From: Obrimoposthia wandeli
Taxonomy: Eukaryota
NCBI GenBank assembly: GCA_977020255.1
Contig: CDROCS010001315.1
Span: 62,001 to 126,000, forward strand
Direction: 5' to 3'
Length of the DNA stretch: 64,000 bases
In this document: piece by piece, positions 1 to 13,553 of the stretch
Position numbering within the stretch: the first letter of the stretch is position 1
How the letters are laid out: the number at the start of each line of letters is the position of its first letter
Translations under genes and position numbers: made by a program
Notes under the pieces: model-generated
Database searches by the model: none
What the model saw: the letters and a program-made list of their open reading frames with translations, nothing else
What the model was told of the DNA's origin: nothing

Positions 1-7
1 ATTTAAA

Positions 8-361
8 ATGATCATACACCAACAGAACCAAACAATAACATCACTTACAGAAAAGATCGAAAAACTTACAACGACCTATACACAACACACCACCAACAGA
101 CACAGATCACCATCACTAAATTACGACAACAGACAACAACATACCACCAACATATACAGATCACCATCACCATATTACGACAATAAACGACAATACACTA
201 ATAACAGATACAGATCACCCTCACCATACAATAACGATAAACAACCCAATCCAAACTACTGCTATTACCACAATACATACGACATCAAAGCCATCAAATG
301 CACACCTTGCCATACCAAAAAAACGGCTAAAATCAACAGTAAACGCACCAATTACCGTTGA
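8..361 (+). pseudogene. gag: Gag C-terminus with CHCC-type zinc knuckle and three RSPS-x-Y repeats
   Basis: NYCYYHNTYDIKAIKCTPC resembles the C-x2-H-x9-C-x3-C gag motif of CsRn1-clade Gypsy elements. Confidence 0.75.
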
Positions 362-380
362 TTGCTCCAACATATTCACG

Positions 381-2945
381 GTGCACTCAAAAATCAACAA
401 CATTCATTTCCTCATAGACACTGGCTCTTCAGTATATATAATCCCATACACCAGCATGCCAACACCCAGACAACACACTACACCTACCACACTCATGGCA
501 GCGTACCACACACCAATAAAAACTTTCGGTACGACTAACCTAACAATAACCTTAGACAACATCCCCTACAAATAGGATTTTGTCATAGCAGACATAATAC
601 AGCCAATCATCGGAGCTGACTTTCTAGCCAATTTCAACCTAATCATCGACTGCAAAAATAAAAACTTATACGAAACAAAACACCAACACATACAAACCTC
701 CACACCCATACCACAAACTGGACAACACATAACCAAAAAGTATTAAGCACAATATATACAAAAACAGACGCGACCAAAACACTACAACCAACTATACCAC
801 CCCAAAAACAAAACAACTTCACTCACAAAATAATTACAAACGGACGACCATGCCACGCCAAAGTAATGCAACTTCCATCAAATAAGCTAGCAGCCGCGAA
901 AGACACATTCACTAAGTTAGAAAAAAAGGCATTATTCAAAAATCCAACTCACCTTGGTCATCAGCTCTCATGATGCAACAACAAAAAAATCAAACATGGA
1001 GATGCTGCGGAGACTACCGAATGTTGAATGCTATGACAACACCAGACTCGTATCCACTTCCACTCATAAGAGACATCATCACACGCCTAATTCACGCAAC
1101 AATCTTCATTAAAATAGATCTCACATCAGCCTACCACAACATTCCTATACACACAGATGACATCAACAAAACAGCAATCATTACACCATTCGGACTCTAT
1201 GAATACATCAAAATGCCATTCGGTCTAAAAAATTCCACCGCCACATTCCAAAGGTTCATGGATCACATATTCACAAACACAAACATTGTAAAGTACATAG
1301 ACGACATCCTAATAGGGAGCAACAACCACGCCGATCACATCAAAGACATAGAAAAAGTAAAGACATACTAAAAATCACAACCTCGAGATCAACACCAAAA
1401 ATTGCCTTTATCACCAAGTACAAATAGAGTTCCTAGGACATACCATATCACATAACCAAATCAAACCTCTATCAAACAAGACAAACACGATAAACAACAT
1501 GCCAATACCAACCACAGTCAAATAAATCAGAAGCTTCCTAGGAATGATGAATTTTTACCACAGACACATACTAAACTGCGCAGGAACACTAGCCCCTCTA
1601 CACGACTTAATCAAAAACACGGACAAACAAGCAAAGATCACACTAACCGACATCGACATAAAACATTTCAACACAGCTAAACAAGCACTCACAGATGTTA
1701 CAACCTTAAATTTCCCAATTCCAAACGCGCCACTTACGCTCACCACAGATGCTTCAAATTACGCAATGGGAACAGTTTTAAACCAAACAACAGAAACCAC
1801 ACTACAACCAAATGGAATTTTTCTCAAAGAAACTGAAAATACACCAGACCAAATACTCAACATACGATCAAGAATTACTGGCCATATACGAGGCCATAAA
1901 ACATTTAGAAACGCATCTAGAAGGCAACACTTTCACAATTTACACAGATCATAAACCCTTCTACACATCATCACCATGAAAACACCCTCACCACGCCAAA
2001 TCAGACAGATCAACTACATCTCGCAATTCAATTGTACTCTCAAACACATCGCAGGAGACACAAACATCGTAGCAAACACACTCTCACGCATACCACAAAA
2101 CAACAACATCATAACGCATAAATATTTTCTCATACGCAGACATCAAACACAAACAAGACATGTCCGAATTCACACGAGAGAACTTACATCTCACAAAAAC
2201 AAACGACATATGGTACGAAACCACTACTCCCGATTTAACTAGAGTCATATTCACAAAACCACTACGCACGACATGCATAAAACACATCCATGATTTCCAT
2301 CATCCCGGCATAAAAGCAACATTTTACATAATCAAACAAACTTACATATGGCCATGCATGTGCAAAGACATCCAAACATTCGTTAAACAATGCATCAAAT
2401 GCAACAACAACAAATAACAAAAACATTACAAAACAATTCCACTCACCGTCACTAGTAAAAACGCATTCCACACAATTCAAATTGATTTCGTCGGACCACT
2501 ACCTTCAAACAACTCGTTCACACATCTCCTGACAATAATAGACAACAACACAAGCTGGTTTTCCGCCATACCCATCAAAGACACATCATCCGCATATATA
2601 TGGAACAAAATATACAAACATTGGTTCACCACATACGGTTTCCATTCAAAAATAATCACAGATCAGGGACAAATCATCAGCAAAACATTCAATGACTGCT
2701 GCAACAATAAAAACATCAAACACACAACCACGATCACATACAACCCACAATCAAATGGTAAAATAGAACGACTACACGAATGAAACCCAAATCTATCACA
2801 ACACACTCACAAGCATACATAAAAGTACACAACCATCACTCACTAGACCCAAAATACGAGGTTCCATACGCCATCATCCGACACAATATCAACAATACAA
2901 CGCTCATTAACAGAAACCAAAAGTCAACGCTCATCAATAACTTGA
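381..2945 (+). pseudogene. pol: Pol polyprotein (PR-RT-RH-IN), broken into several ORFs
   Basis: ORFs 381-575 (DTG protease), 970-1371 (RT), 1544-2100 (RNase H) and 2160-2945 (integrase) lie in Gypsy order. Confidence 0.9.
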
Positions 2946-3557
2946 ACAATTGAAAAATATTTTGAGATTTTACATACCTGATTATATGAAGAAAATTCTT
3001 TCCAGCTTGAAACTGATCCCAGTCTGGCTTTTAGATATGATCTAGGATATTTGATTACTTCAATTTTAAATGAAAAACTATGGAATATTTCAATACGTCT
3101 GAATAGATATTTCGATAATGACGGGAAAATACACCCTCTTTAAACTTTGAATGAAGCCAATATGGTGTTTTATGTTTGATTTAATAAATATTTTGAAAAT
3201 AATTTTGACTCGTATTTTGTATTTTCTCTTATAAATTATAAAACTGACTTAGATAAAATAAAAAAATAAAAACTGACTATATATTTAACAAACATGTAGT
3301 GATTTATTAATCTAAAATCTTTCTTAAAAATAGTAGTGATATAATCACATAAACATATTATTTGAAATCTCGTCTGCGATAAGCCGTCTGGGTCAATATG
3401 GATTCCCGTGGTCTTCTCTAATCACTTTTGAGATTTGCAATAAAATTTAAAGTAAAATAAAAATTTAGGGGGTAACCCCACGGCCCCTTCGGGTGAGATG
3501 GAAACACATGGAAAAGATTTCACTCCTCACACACGCATGCAATTCCACTCCACACAC
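2941..3557 (-). mobile_element. Polinton left-arm fragment (3' part of gene A plus subterminal region; terminal ~60 bp missing)
   Basis: 2941-3179 aligns with 25870-26107 and with the reverse complement of 37337-37570 (FYIPDY...QLETDPSL...WNISIRLN). 3370-3557 aligns with the subterminal CACTCCACACAC repeats. Confidence 0.85.
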
Positions 3558-3589
3558 TGCGGAGGAGAGAGGGTGAATAATACTGGGAA

Positions 3590-4000
3590 TATTCACCTAC
3601 TCACTGATTCAAGGAAACTAGAAATTATTATGTATGTTGAGGAAAATGGCAATCGCAATTTAGGTCAATTATTTAATGTAAGCAATTGCAGTATCTGCGA
3701 GTGGTGAAACAAAATCGCATTTGGACGGAATGAACCGAAAGAAAATTGCTACAAATCCGGTACGCACATTGACCCATTCCTGAAAGGGAGCTAAACGAAT
3801 GGGCAATGGGACTAAGAAGGATTGATAGAAGAGTACCTTCCACGAGCATTAAGCTTAAGACCAAATCAAGCACAGTATAACTGGATATTAAGTAATGGAT
3901 AGCGCAACCGCCATATGCATTGCCATTAGCTTTGCATTAGTTGTCCAATTGTTCCCAAAGAGAAGATTACAAACTTTGAAATCTTCAGGGATCAAGCTTA
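3590..4000 (+). pseudogene. Pogo/POGK-like DNA transposase N-terminal remnant (Brinker-type DBD plus CENP-B-type HTH)
   Basis: RKLEIIMYVEENGNRNLGQLFNVSNCSICEW resembles the Brinker DBD pattern. PIPERELNEWAMGLRRIDRRVPSTSIKLK resembles the CENP-B HTH pattern. Stops present. Confidence 0.55.
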
Positions 4001-5811
4001 ATTACCAAGTTTAATGTTGTGATTAAATCTACAAAGCATGAAAGTACATGAATAATCAATCACTTATAAAGACTAAAATGATTCCGACTACCGCAAATGA
4101 AGAAGATAATTCAATTTATTATGAATCTACGGGTGAGGAAGAAGAAGAGAATGATGAATTTCTGCTACAATTTTAGATTTATTGAAAATAGCAAAGATTA
4201 AACGTTTTAAAGTTCCATCTATCACACATCACCAATAGGGTAATATATTGCTATTTTTTAGTACATTTTAGTACAACTTTACGATGATAAATATTAAAAT
4301 TGATAAATGGTGAAGTAGAAAAAAATCAAATTTACAAATCTGAATCAACATTGTGAGACTGATAAATTAGCCGACAGGTCGCATTTAGTTTGTTTCGTAT
4401 AAGAGTTTGCATAAAAGCATTAAAAATATTTGTTTAAAGAAAGAAGAGAAAATACCAAAGGAAATCAAGTCAGAGAAAGACAATTTATTACAAGCTTTCT
4501 TTGAATATTCTTCACGAAATTATATCGTCATAAGGTCGAAAAAAAAATCTTAGAATGTTGAGATATTATAAATATGGTATCGGGTAACATAATTTATCAT
4601 CTGACATAATAATAGTTTCCAATTTTGTTTGTACTAAATAGCTTTAGAGATAACAGAATTGAACAGGTATTTTAGTGAGACTGTTCTAAACCATGGCAAA
4701 ACTTTGTTTTCCCTCTTCTGTAAAAATACATTTGACGTATTCGATCTTTAGCCATAATGTTATATATATCAAGATCAAGTTGGGGAATGACAAATTTATA
4801 TACCCTCTTCAGTAAACTGAGTAAATGGAAGTCTTTTATATATTCTTTCAAGCATCCGCAACAGTTTAAGATCAATTAATTGGATATTTAAAGAAGGCAT
4901 TTTTATATATATTTTATATATTATCAAAATAATACAGAATTCAAAATTATAATTAGTTATGTAAATACAAATATATGACAATGCAAATCATATGATTTAT
5001 GTAAATTGCTGAGATGGTGACATTTAGAAATATAAATAGAATGTTGACAGTTTTTTTGTGAAGTGGACTTAAAGCGATTTTAAAAAAAAATATGGTAAGA
5101 TAAGTTAAGTAAACTGCAGAGATGACGATGTTTAGAAATATAAATAGAATGTAGACAGTTTCGGTGATGTGGATAAATGGTAAGATAAGATAGGCCGCGT
5201 ATAACATTTAATTGTTTTCTGTATCTACATTTCAGTTTGGATTGTTACAGATAAATTTGATAAGAATTATTATGGTTTTTTCAAGATTTATTATTTTTTT
5301 AGTTATATAATTTTTTTTAAAAATCGCTTTAAGTACTTTAAGAACTGGTATTGTTTGTAGTGTTGCAAAATGGAAATTGACCTGATTGCTCTGGTACAAC
5401 CTTGATGGAAGACATCGTTATCTTAATATTGATATGTGATATAAAAATTGAAGATGTGCAACATTTTTGTTTCTTGACAGTCAAGTAATAATATTTTGTA
5501 CATACCGTGGTAATTAAAAGCTTTTGATAAAATTTATTAATAATGATTATCTTTTATTTTGGGGATACTTTATTTGAATAATACATTTTTAGGAAGATGA
5601 GGAAGAAATCTACTAGACAGATTTGTTTTGAAATAATAAAATTAATTGAAGATTTGAGTATCAATGTACCATTTAATATAATTTCAAAAATATATTAGTC
5701 AGAAAATTGTACATAAAATAAAAAAAGGGTTTTAAGTATATGGTGTGGTGACTTCGACTCAAGACAATAGATCTCCCCAAGAAAGGAAATATTCTCCCAA
5801 GTACGTAGACT

Positions 5812-5892
5812 GTTGCCATGGAAACGCCACGTGCGTCACAGTGACAACCAACAGGCGCCGTTGTCATGATAAGTGAGTGTTACCATGGCAAC
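5812..5892. promoter_or_regulatory. Cluster of RFX X-box-like palindromes with an E-box; probable promoter
   Basis: GTTGCCATGGAAAC (5812-5825), GTTACCATGGCAAC (5879-5892), imperfect GTTGTCATGATAAG (5860-5873) and CACGTG (5828-5833) in a local GC-rich island. Confidence 0.6.
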
Positions 5893-7299
5893 TAAATTTC
5901 TCCCGACTACGTCAAGGTCATTTGACAGTCATTTGAAGGAAACTCTTTTGTTTAACAGCATCAATTTTGTTCAAGGTTATTTTTGTCTAAATGCATCAAT
6001 ATTTGTGTGCCCCAATTTCAAATTTTCCAAAAATTATTATTGTAAAAATTTTCAAAAAATAAATTTTGTATAAATTTTTAAAACTTTCAAAATTTTCAAA
6101 AACTCACAAACTCAAAAATTTAAAACTTTCAAATATTTATATTTTGTAATACCTTTAATCACAAGTAACAAAATTCAATCTTAGTGTTTTATATTATTAT
6201 CCAAAGGGAACAAAAGATCATTTCATTATAAAGACATTTTGTTTATATACATCAATTTCATTAATATATTATTTTAAAAAATGTGATCTAACTAAATGAT
6301 AATGCATAATATAATTTTATTCAGGTTATTATATACCATGTGCATTTCATTTTAATATAAATTTTATAATAATATCCATTCTTTTTTTAAAGAAAATTTG
6401 TTTTAACTCATCAATGAAATCAATTAGGCCGGGAAGAGTATATAAGATAATTTTTTAGTTTCATTTCAGTATTGATAAAATGGAATACAAGATAGAAATA
6501 TTATTGAACGAGCTCCAGAACAGCCATAAGCACTCTCTAGCAGAAGGATTGATGCTCCAAAAGTCTCTTGAAGTAGAGAGATCCCGGGCTTCATTAGTTG
6601 GTCTCTAAATGGCCAACCACTCATACTGCCACATAAAGACTGACAGTGATTCCTTCGCATGTATTCACAAACTTGTATGCACGATTTCAAGACCATTTTC
6701 AAATATGGCGCTATATATCTTACTGCTTAAAACAAAAGTAGATTAAGTAGATTTTAAGTGACCAAATTCTCCCTGGCAGAGCCTCATAAGAGGGGAGCCC
6801 TCCATCCGAAGACCGGGCAGCACCTTTGGAAAAGATTATAATTATATTACTTTTGTTTATAATAAACATTTAATCTTGAAAGAATAATAAGTAATAAAAA
6901 ATCATTTATTCATGTGATACTTTGATGGTAATGATATTGGAAAATTTATTCTTCAAGGTTGGTGCGAAGAGCACATAACATATCCAAAGTACTTAGAGTC
7001 ATAATGATGAAATGATTTTAAAACTAAAGTGTTTCGATTATATAAAAATCTAACTTCAATATAATTGGTCAACTAATCAAAATAATCCTATATAATAAAT
7101 AAAATGATTAAACACAAAAGTTGTATTAATATATACAAGTGAATGAGTGTGTGTACAAATGATGACATTAAATAATAATAACAATAACAAAACTATATAT
7201 CTTAAAAAAAATAAAAAAATATTAAGTTAAATTAAAATGACCGTTAGCAAGGCTTTTATTCTTACTAATTCTTTCATGTCTATGGAAATAACAAATTTG

Positions 7300-8450
7300 T
7301 TTGTAAGTGTAAAAGTTTTTTAAAATTTATTTAGAAAAGTTCTGTAAAATTCTAACGAATCTAAATTATCAAATTATAAGTTTAAATATTATATTTTTTT
7401 ATATTTCTATATAAATTTCAGATTCAAAAATGTAAGAAATTTATTTTTCTAGTTTTATTGTTTAATGTAATTTAGTATGATCATACAGTATTTTTAGAAT
7501 TTTTCAATTTTTCAAATAAATTTTTTTAAAAGATTTTATATTTTTCATAAAAATAATTTGAAAACGATTGTAAAACATGTAATTTATAAATGTATTTAAA
7601 AATTTTGTTGAAATTATTATTTATAATCTATATAAATCTAACTTTTATAAAATCTATTTTAAATCTATGATGTTTAATACTTTTATTTAATGTTAAATAG
7701 TTTTTTATCTTTGTATTTATTTTAAGAATGTTTTTTTTATAAATTTTTAAATATATTTATTTATTTGTAAGTGTAAATGTTTTTTGAAAATTATTTTAAT
7801 CACTTTTATTTATAAAAGTTTTTGTAAATATTTATAATGAATCTAAAATATTGAATTTTAAGTTTAAACTTTTTTATATTGGTTAACATTTAACTTAAAA
7901 TATATATAATATTTTATATTTTAAAACTATTATGATAAATACCTTTATTTAATTTAAAAAAACTATGATGTTTAATACTTTTATTTTATGTTAAATAGTT
8001 GTTATCTTTGTATTTATTGTATGAAAGTTTTTTAATTTTGAAATATATTTTATTTATTTTTAATTAGGAAAGTTTTAAACTATTTTAATTTTGAAAAGTT
8101 TTGTGAAAATTCCAATGAATCTAAATTATTGAATTATAAGTTTAAACATTTTATATTGTTTAACATTTATTTTCAAAACTATATGATATTGTTTTTGTAT
8201 TTTAATTTTTAAACTATAATGTTAAATATTTTTTTTTAAAAAAACAATTTTCGTTAAAAAATTATAATATTTTTTGTATTTATTACAAGTAATGTTTTAA
8301 TTTTGAAATATTTTTAAATTTATTTGTAAGTAAAATTTTGTAAACTAAAAATGTTTTGTTACAAATTTATTTCCAAGTGTAAACGTTTTTTGAAATTTAT
8401 TTTGAAAGTTTTTATTCAAATTCTAACGAATCTAAATTATGGAATATTGA
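7300..8450. repeat. Degenerate AT-rich tandem repeat, unit roughly 290-310 bp
   Basis: GAATCTAAA(T/A)TAT...TAAGTTTAAA recurs near 7358, 7838, 8118 and 8428. CTATGATGTTTAATACTTT...GTTAAATAGTT recurs at 7666 and 7962. Confidence 0.55.
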
Positions 8451-10332
8451 AAATTAATTTGCAAACAGATGTTATTCAAAGTTACTGAAAGTTTTGTTTA
8501 TAAATTAGAATACTAAATCTTTAATTATATTGTTTTATATGTAAATAAATAAAATATTTGATTATCAACTTAGTATTCCTATTTATTATTCGACTTACTA
8601 AAATATTAAAAAATATCTTGTGACAACAAATAAAATTAATTATCGATTGTATGAATTAATTCAAGTGTAAATGTAAATTAAAGCAAGTACGAATGTCAAG
8701 TACAAGTATGAATGAACATTAGTAAAAATATTAATGAATTTGAATGATAGTTTGAATAAATGAGAATTATAATGAATGCAAGTATGAATGCACGTGAATG
8801 CAAATACAAGTAAGACTCTTAGCAAGTGAATGTAAAATTGCAAGTATGTACTAGCTAATTATTAAATGAATACTATCAATCAATGAAGATTATGTAACAA
8901 TATGATGAAAAATATAATAATGAGGATGTGAATTTTCCCATTTTATTTTTCATATATTTTACTTTCATATACTCTAAGTTAACAGTTTATACACACTTAT
9001 ACAAATAATTAATTAAAATTTCTTATCTCGTTTGATAACATTCCTTAATTTGAATATTTTAAAATATTTAGATAAATTTGAATTCTTTATTTTCAAATAA
9101 CTTGGTTATAAATATATATTCATAAATATAATTTAAAAATTATCATTATTCGTTTCTCATTTTAAATATTTTAAAATATATTTATATATACAAATTTTAG
9201 TAAATTAACGCAACAAAACAATTTTATTCTCTGTGTATCGAATATTGCAAAATTGTTTCCAAATACATGAAAATAATAGCAAACAAACTGAAGGCTTTGT
9301 CAATAAATTATAATGCCGAATCTTTAATCAAATTGTTTAAATAAAACAAATAGTTCAAACATATTAGATAATCAACTTAATACCTACATATTTTATTAAA
9401 ATTTCTAAATAATTTTTAAAATGTATTTCATAAAATATTGAAATTAAGAGTCTCGAGTGAATACGAGTTAATAAGAGTTGAACAGTATGGTTTAAAATGA
9501 TACTTAGTGATAACAAGTGTAAGTAAAAAAAAGAAGGTAGTATTATCGAATGTGTAAAACGTTATAGAGTATGACTGAAAGTGTAACTGAGGACGTTAAT
9601 TAGTATAATAATAATCTTCACAACAACAACAAAAATACATATATATATATATATATATTTAAATTACTTGATATTTTTGCCACTGTCTTTTGAATATTCA
9701 ATTTATTTCTACAAAATTCATTTTATATATTAAACAATATTTCTTTATCACATTATTATAGTTTTTATCAAGTGATTTTTTCTTTAAACTATAATAATAT
9801 ATTTAATTATAAAGTTAGTAGCTGTATCACGCCGACTGTATTTAATCTAAATCTCAAATATAAGTTACTATTAAGTTTATTCTTTCAAATATTAAAAGTT
9901 ATTGCATGTTATTTAATTTTGTTTTGTTTACTAGACATTCAAAAATTACTTTTAAACAAAAACATATTTAGCATATATTTAATTTATTATGTTGTAAACA
10001 GTTGACTTTTTACTCCTACTTTATTCTACTCCCAATTATTTCAAGCAAGATGTTGACAAGGTGATGAAGAGCTTCATTTCGAAAAATCTTATAGACGAAA
10101 ATATTTTGAGACTCATCGAAGCAACATATCTGCTTCTGGAGGAGCATGTAAGAAGAATGATTTACAACAAGGCTATCGATGGTCTCATTTTGGGTTACAA
10201 TAAGAGAGCACGTCCAAGAAGAGCTTTTTCTGGGAGAATAGTTTTTGTATTGTTTGATGTTAGATGTATCATAATAAAATATTTTAAGTAACTTTGTCTA
10301 TTAAATATTATCACAACACTAATATATTTAAT

Positions 10333-10704
10333 ATGGACTTTAAAAATAATCCAGTTTTTTTTATTTGCAAGTTACTACAAAATAATAAATACTTTAGATT
10401 TAAGTTTAATAAAGTATATTGGCATCAGGGAGGAGATAGAAAAGCGGGTTTAACTAGTAAAGAGTTTAAGAAAATCAAAAATATTAAAGTCATTTATTGA
10501 TTCGACGATACTTGGTCTGAGCAATTACAGTGACATGATGTTATTGTTATTGATGACTTGTATCAATAAGCAAATAAAGAGAGTGATTTCAATAATTTAT
10601 TAACTAAAATAGCAAGACATCGTGAAGTAACTGTTATCTTCATTACATAAAATATATTTCACCAGGGTGGAAATCATAGAATTTTTAATTTAAATGTAAA
10701 TTAA
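10333..10704 (+). pseudogene. Older Polinton packaging ATPase remnant lacking Walker A
   Basis: Aligns to the 39437 ATPase: YWHQGG, IVIDDLY, ESDFNNLLTKIARHREVTVIFIT, HQGGNHR. Stops present. Confidence 0.88.
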
Positions 10705-13376
10705 AGTTATTAAAACTGAAGTCAAGAAATTGATTATATCTGTTTTAAGTGCAAGGAAAATGGTGGCTCATAAATAAAATAAGAAATTATGTTTTGTAGT
10801 AATAAGAAATCTAGGAGTATTGCTTATTTCAATTATCTTAAGCGGGCACTAGTTATTCGTCGTCCAAATATTATTAAATATTCTAAAATGTTAACATAAA
10901 TTGGTTTTAAATTTCCTCGTTGATAAAATTTTAGAAATTAAATTTGACTGATATTTTGATTTTTTTTTTGAAGGAGAAAAAAGGAAAAAAATCAAACTAT
11001 TCAACTTTTTGTAAGTTTTAAATTATATAATAGGAAATAATTGTGAAAATATAATAAATTTAATTTTTAAATATTTATTCAGGATTCACAAATTAATGCA
11101 TAAATAATTATTATCAAAAAGAATTGATAAAAATTGAACATTGGCAAAGAAAATAAAGATAATTGAAGAAAGAAATCTTCAACATTTTCACTTTATTAGG
11201 AAGAATTAATGAAGCAATTAGATTGATATTAAATAAACCATAAAGTTGTAATTAAACAAATTCAATAATTCACAAATGCTGATTTTTATAAAAGATAATG
11301 ATAAAACTATTGTAAATACATACAGCAAATATTTGTTAGAAATAAATTGTTCAATTCATCGAACAAGTTGAACAAATTTGTACTGATTTAATTTCCGAAT
11401 TGACTAAATTAAGGAAATAAATACGACGATGAAATTGAAGCTACTCGAGATAATATGTTAAACAAGAACCCGGGAATAAGTTTTGTGAATAAGCATGATT
11501 CTAAAATTTAAGCTGAGTAAACAATTTCTGAACTTTTCGATGGTTATTTAATTCTGCTGTGTTCAAAAAAACGTGTTCATATTACAAAATAAATTTTATC
11601 CATGATATATATAGTTTTGGTAAGGAAAGCCTCAAAGTGATGTTGCGTTTTAAGTAGTACTAAGATGATTATTTAGTTAATTTAGAACATTTTAAAGACT
11701 TTTTATTATGCTCCTAGAACTAATAATTAATTAGAATATTTGTTTAATCTTTATATAATGTATCGTAAGGTATAGTATAATCATTTATATTTATTGAAAA
11801 GTTGAAATGCTTATATAAGTTGAATTCATAATAAATCGAATTTTATTGTATTTCGTTGTAATATAATTAAGACTATTTGATTCCTTGGATGAAAATTATC
11901 TCTAATTAATATTAAAATTATACTTTTATTAGACTATTTTAAATAAACTAACACAAAATTAATGTTTACTTTGAAATTTAATGTGATTTTGAGTTTATTT
12001 GTATTTATACAGATATGAATATAAAATGTATTTTTTAAGTAATGCTGACTACTTACATATTATATCAGTATATAGTGATATAAATTGTAATTACAAAAAC
12101 CAAGAATTGAACATACATAATTTTAATTTATTTAAATAATGTAAAATCCAATGACTTGGTTTTTGTAATAGTCGAAATATATGTACAGTTCTGGAAATGA
12201 AGGGTGGGTATGCAATGTATTTTGGCATAAATTAATATGTAAAATATATTTTTTATTTACTTTTTAGATTAATAAAATATTTCCAGTATGACTTAAAAAT
12301 CATATCTTTAAACTCTTATTGTTATTCTTTTTATTTATAATATAAAAAAATTGTATTTAGTAAAAAATAATTTTGATTTTAAACTGAATTGGACTTGCTG
12401 TTTTATGTTTAGTGGGAATGTAATGGTAGATATGAGCGTGATTAATTTGTTTGTTAACACATTTTAAACCGAATAGGATCGCCGTTCATTGGTCAAATTG
12501 ATATTAAAGTGACGATCAAGTAAACATTATTGTCAAAAATCGATTTTATTTTAAAATTTCAATAAAAAAACAAATGTTTGCGAATATCCAGTTTTATTCA
12601 AATCTACGTCAATAGTTATTAAAAGCACGTAAGTAAATAAAATATATTTCAAATGACTTTTTAAAACGTTTTTTACAGAGTAGATTAAAAATGTAAAATA
12701 AGTTGAACCTGTAATTGAAAAAATCAATAGAAAAACATTATTTTAATATAAAATAATAAAGTTTGTAAGTTTCCAAATATCGATTTATTAAAGTTTGATG
12801 CTCATCAGAAAATGTTTGATTGTTTATTACTGTTATTTTTCAAATAAGTCTTTTCCCATAAATATACCATATATTTTACCATAAATCAACACTGTTAAAA
12901 AGTAAAATAATATTTTTGGACAATTAAAAATTATAATAATTTTAATTGAATACTTAACTACTTAAAAAGATCAGTAAACGATAAATATTAAAATTTTGAA
13001 CATTATATATTTCATATTTTAATTTTGTACATTTCTTTTCAGGAAATATTAAATAAATTTACATTATTTTAAAAATGAAATCCGTAACAGGCACATTTTT
13101 AACAATATTATAATTCTATATATCAAAAGGTATTTGATAATTATTTTTTATCCCATTATTTTTTTTTTTTTTACATTTTAAGTAAATTAATTTTATTTTT
13201 GTCAACAATAAAATTACAAGATATGTTACTTTCTACTGTTAAGGATGTCTCATACATATCCTTGTACTGAATGATAAATTTTAAACATATTATGAAGATA
13301 TTGGTAAAAATCAAAACTGAGCATACAAGAATATATTTAGCTGTTATGTAAAATGAACTTATCATTCTCCATACAG

Positions 13377-13553
13377 ATGTTTGGGGTTTTATCCCAGGCT
13401 TGGAGAGGTCTCATAAACCTTCTGTACCTCCTACATCGACCTCCAAGGATGGCCACCGTGGTTCAAGAAGAGATGAGTGTGCACAGAGACCTCATCAATA
13501 TCGGACAGAATCAAGTTGTCATGAATGAGATTCTAGATGATGTTTGTGTATGA
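13377..13553 (+). CDS. 58-aa short ORF, member of an unknown three-copy family
   Basis: ATG directly follows TTCTCCATACAG. C-terminal IGQNQVVMNEI matches IGENIHVMDEI of ORF 30033-30260. Confidence 0.45.
   Translation: MFGVLSQAWRGLINLLYLLHRPPRMATVVQEEMSVHRDLINIGQNQVVMNEILDDVCV

Larger units (their letters stand above)
1..2945 (+). mobile_element. Degenerate Ty3/Gypsy LTR retrotransposon (CsRn1-like), gag 3' end plus pol; no LTR seen
   Basis: Ordered motifs gag CYYH-x9-C-x2-C, protease FLIDTGSS, RT (KIDLTSAYHNIP, MPFGLKN, YIDD), RNase H (TTDAS, RELLAIYEAIKH, NIVANTLSR), integrase (HDFHHPG...C-x2-C, DFVGPLP, TDQG, YNPQSNG, PKYE-PY). Many stops and frameshifts. Confidence 0.93.

Noticed and set aside
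4960-5340. ~108-bp tandem duplication and a short inverted repeat with an 84-aa ORF
   Set aside because: Low-complexity AT-rich sequence; the ORF is explained by the duplication.
6467-6702. Possible host exon (plus-strand IDKMEYKIEILLNELQ... or the minus-strand ORF)
   Set aside because: Strand and frame are ambiguous and no homology was recognised. It needs transcript data.
10700-11650. Possible degraded coding sequence downstream of the ATPase remnant
   Set aside because: Coding-like patches are present, but no motif could be matched to copy 2 or to a family I recognise.
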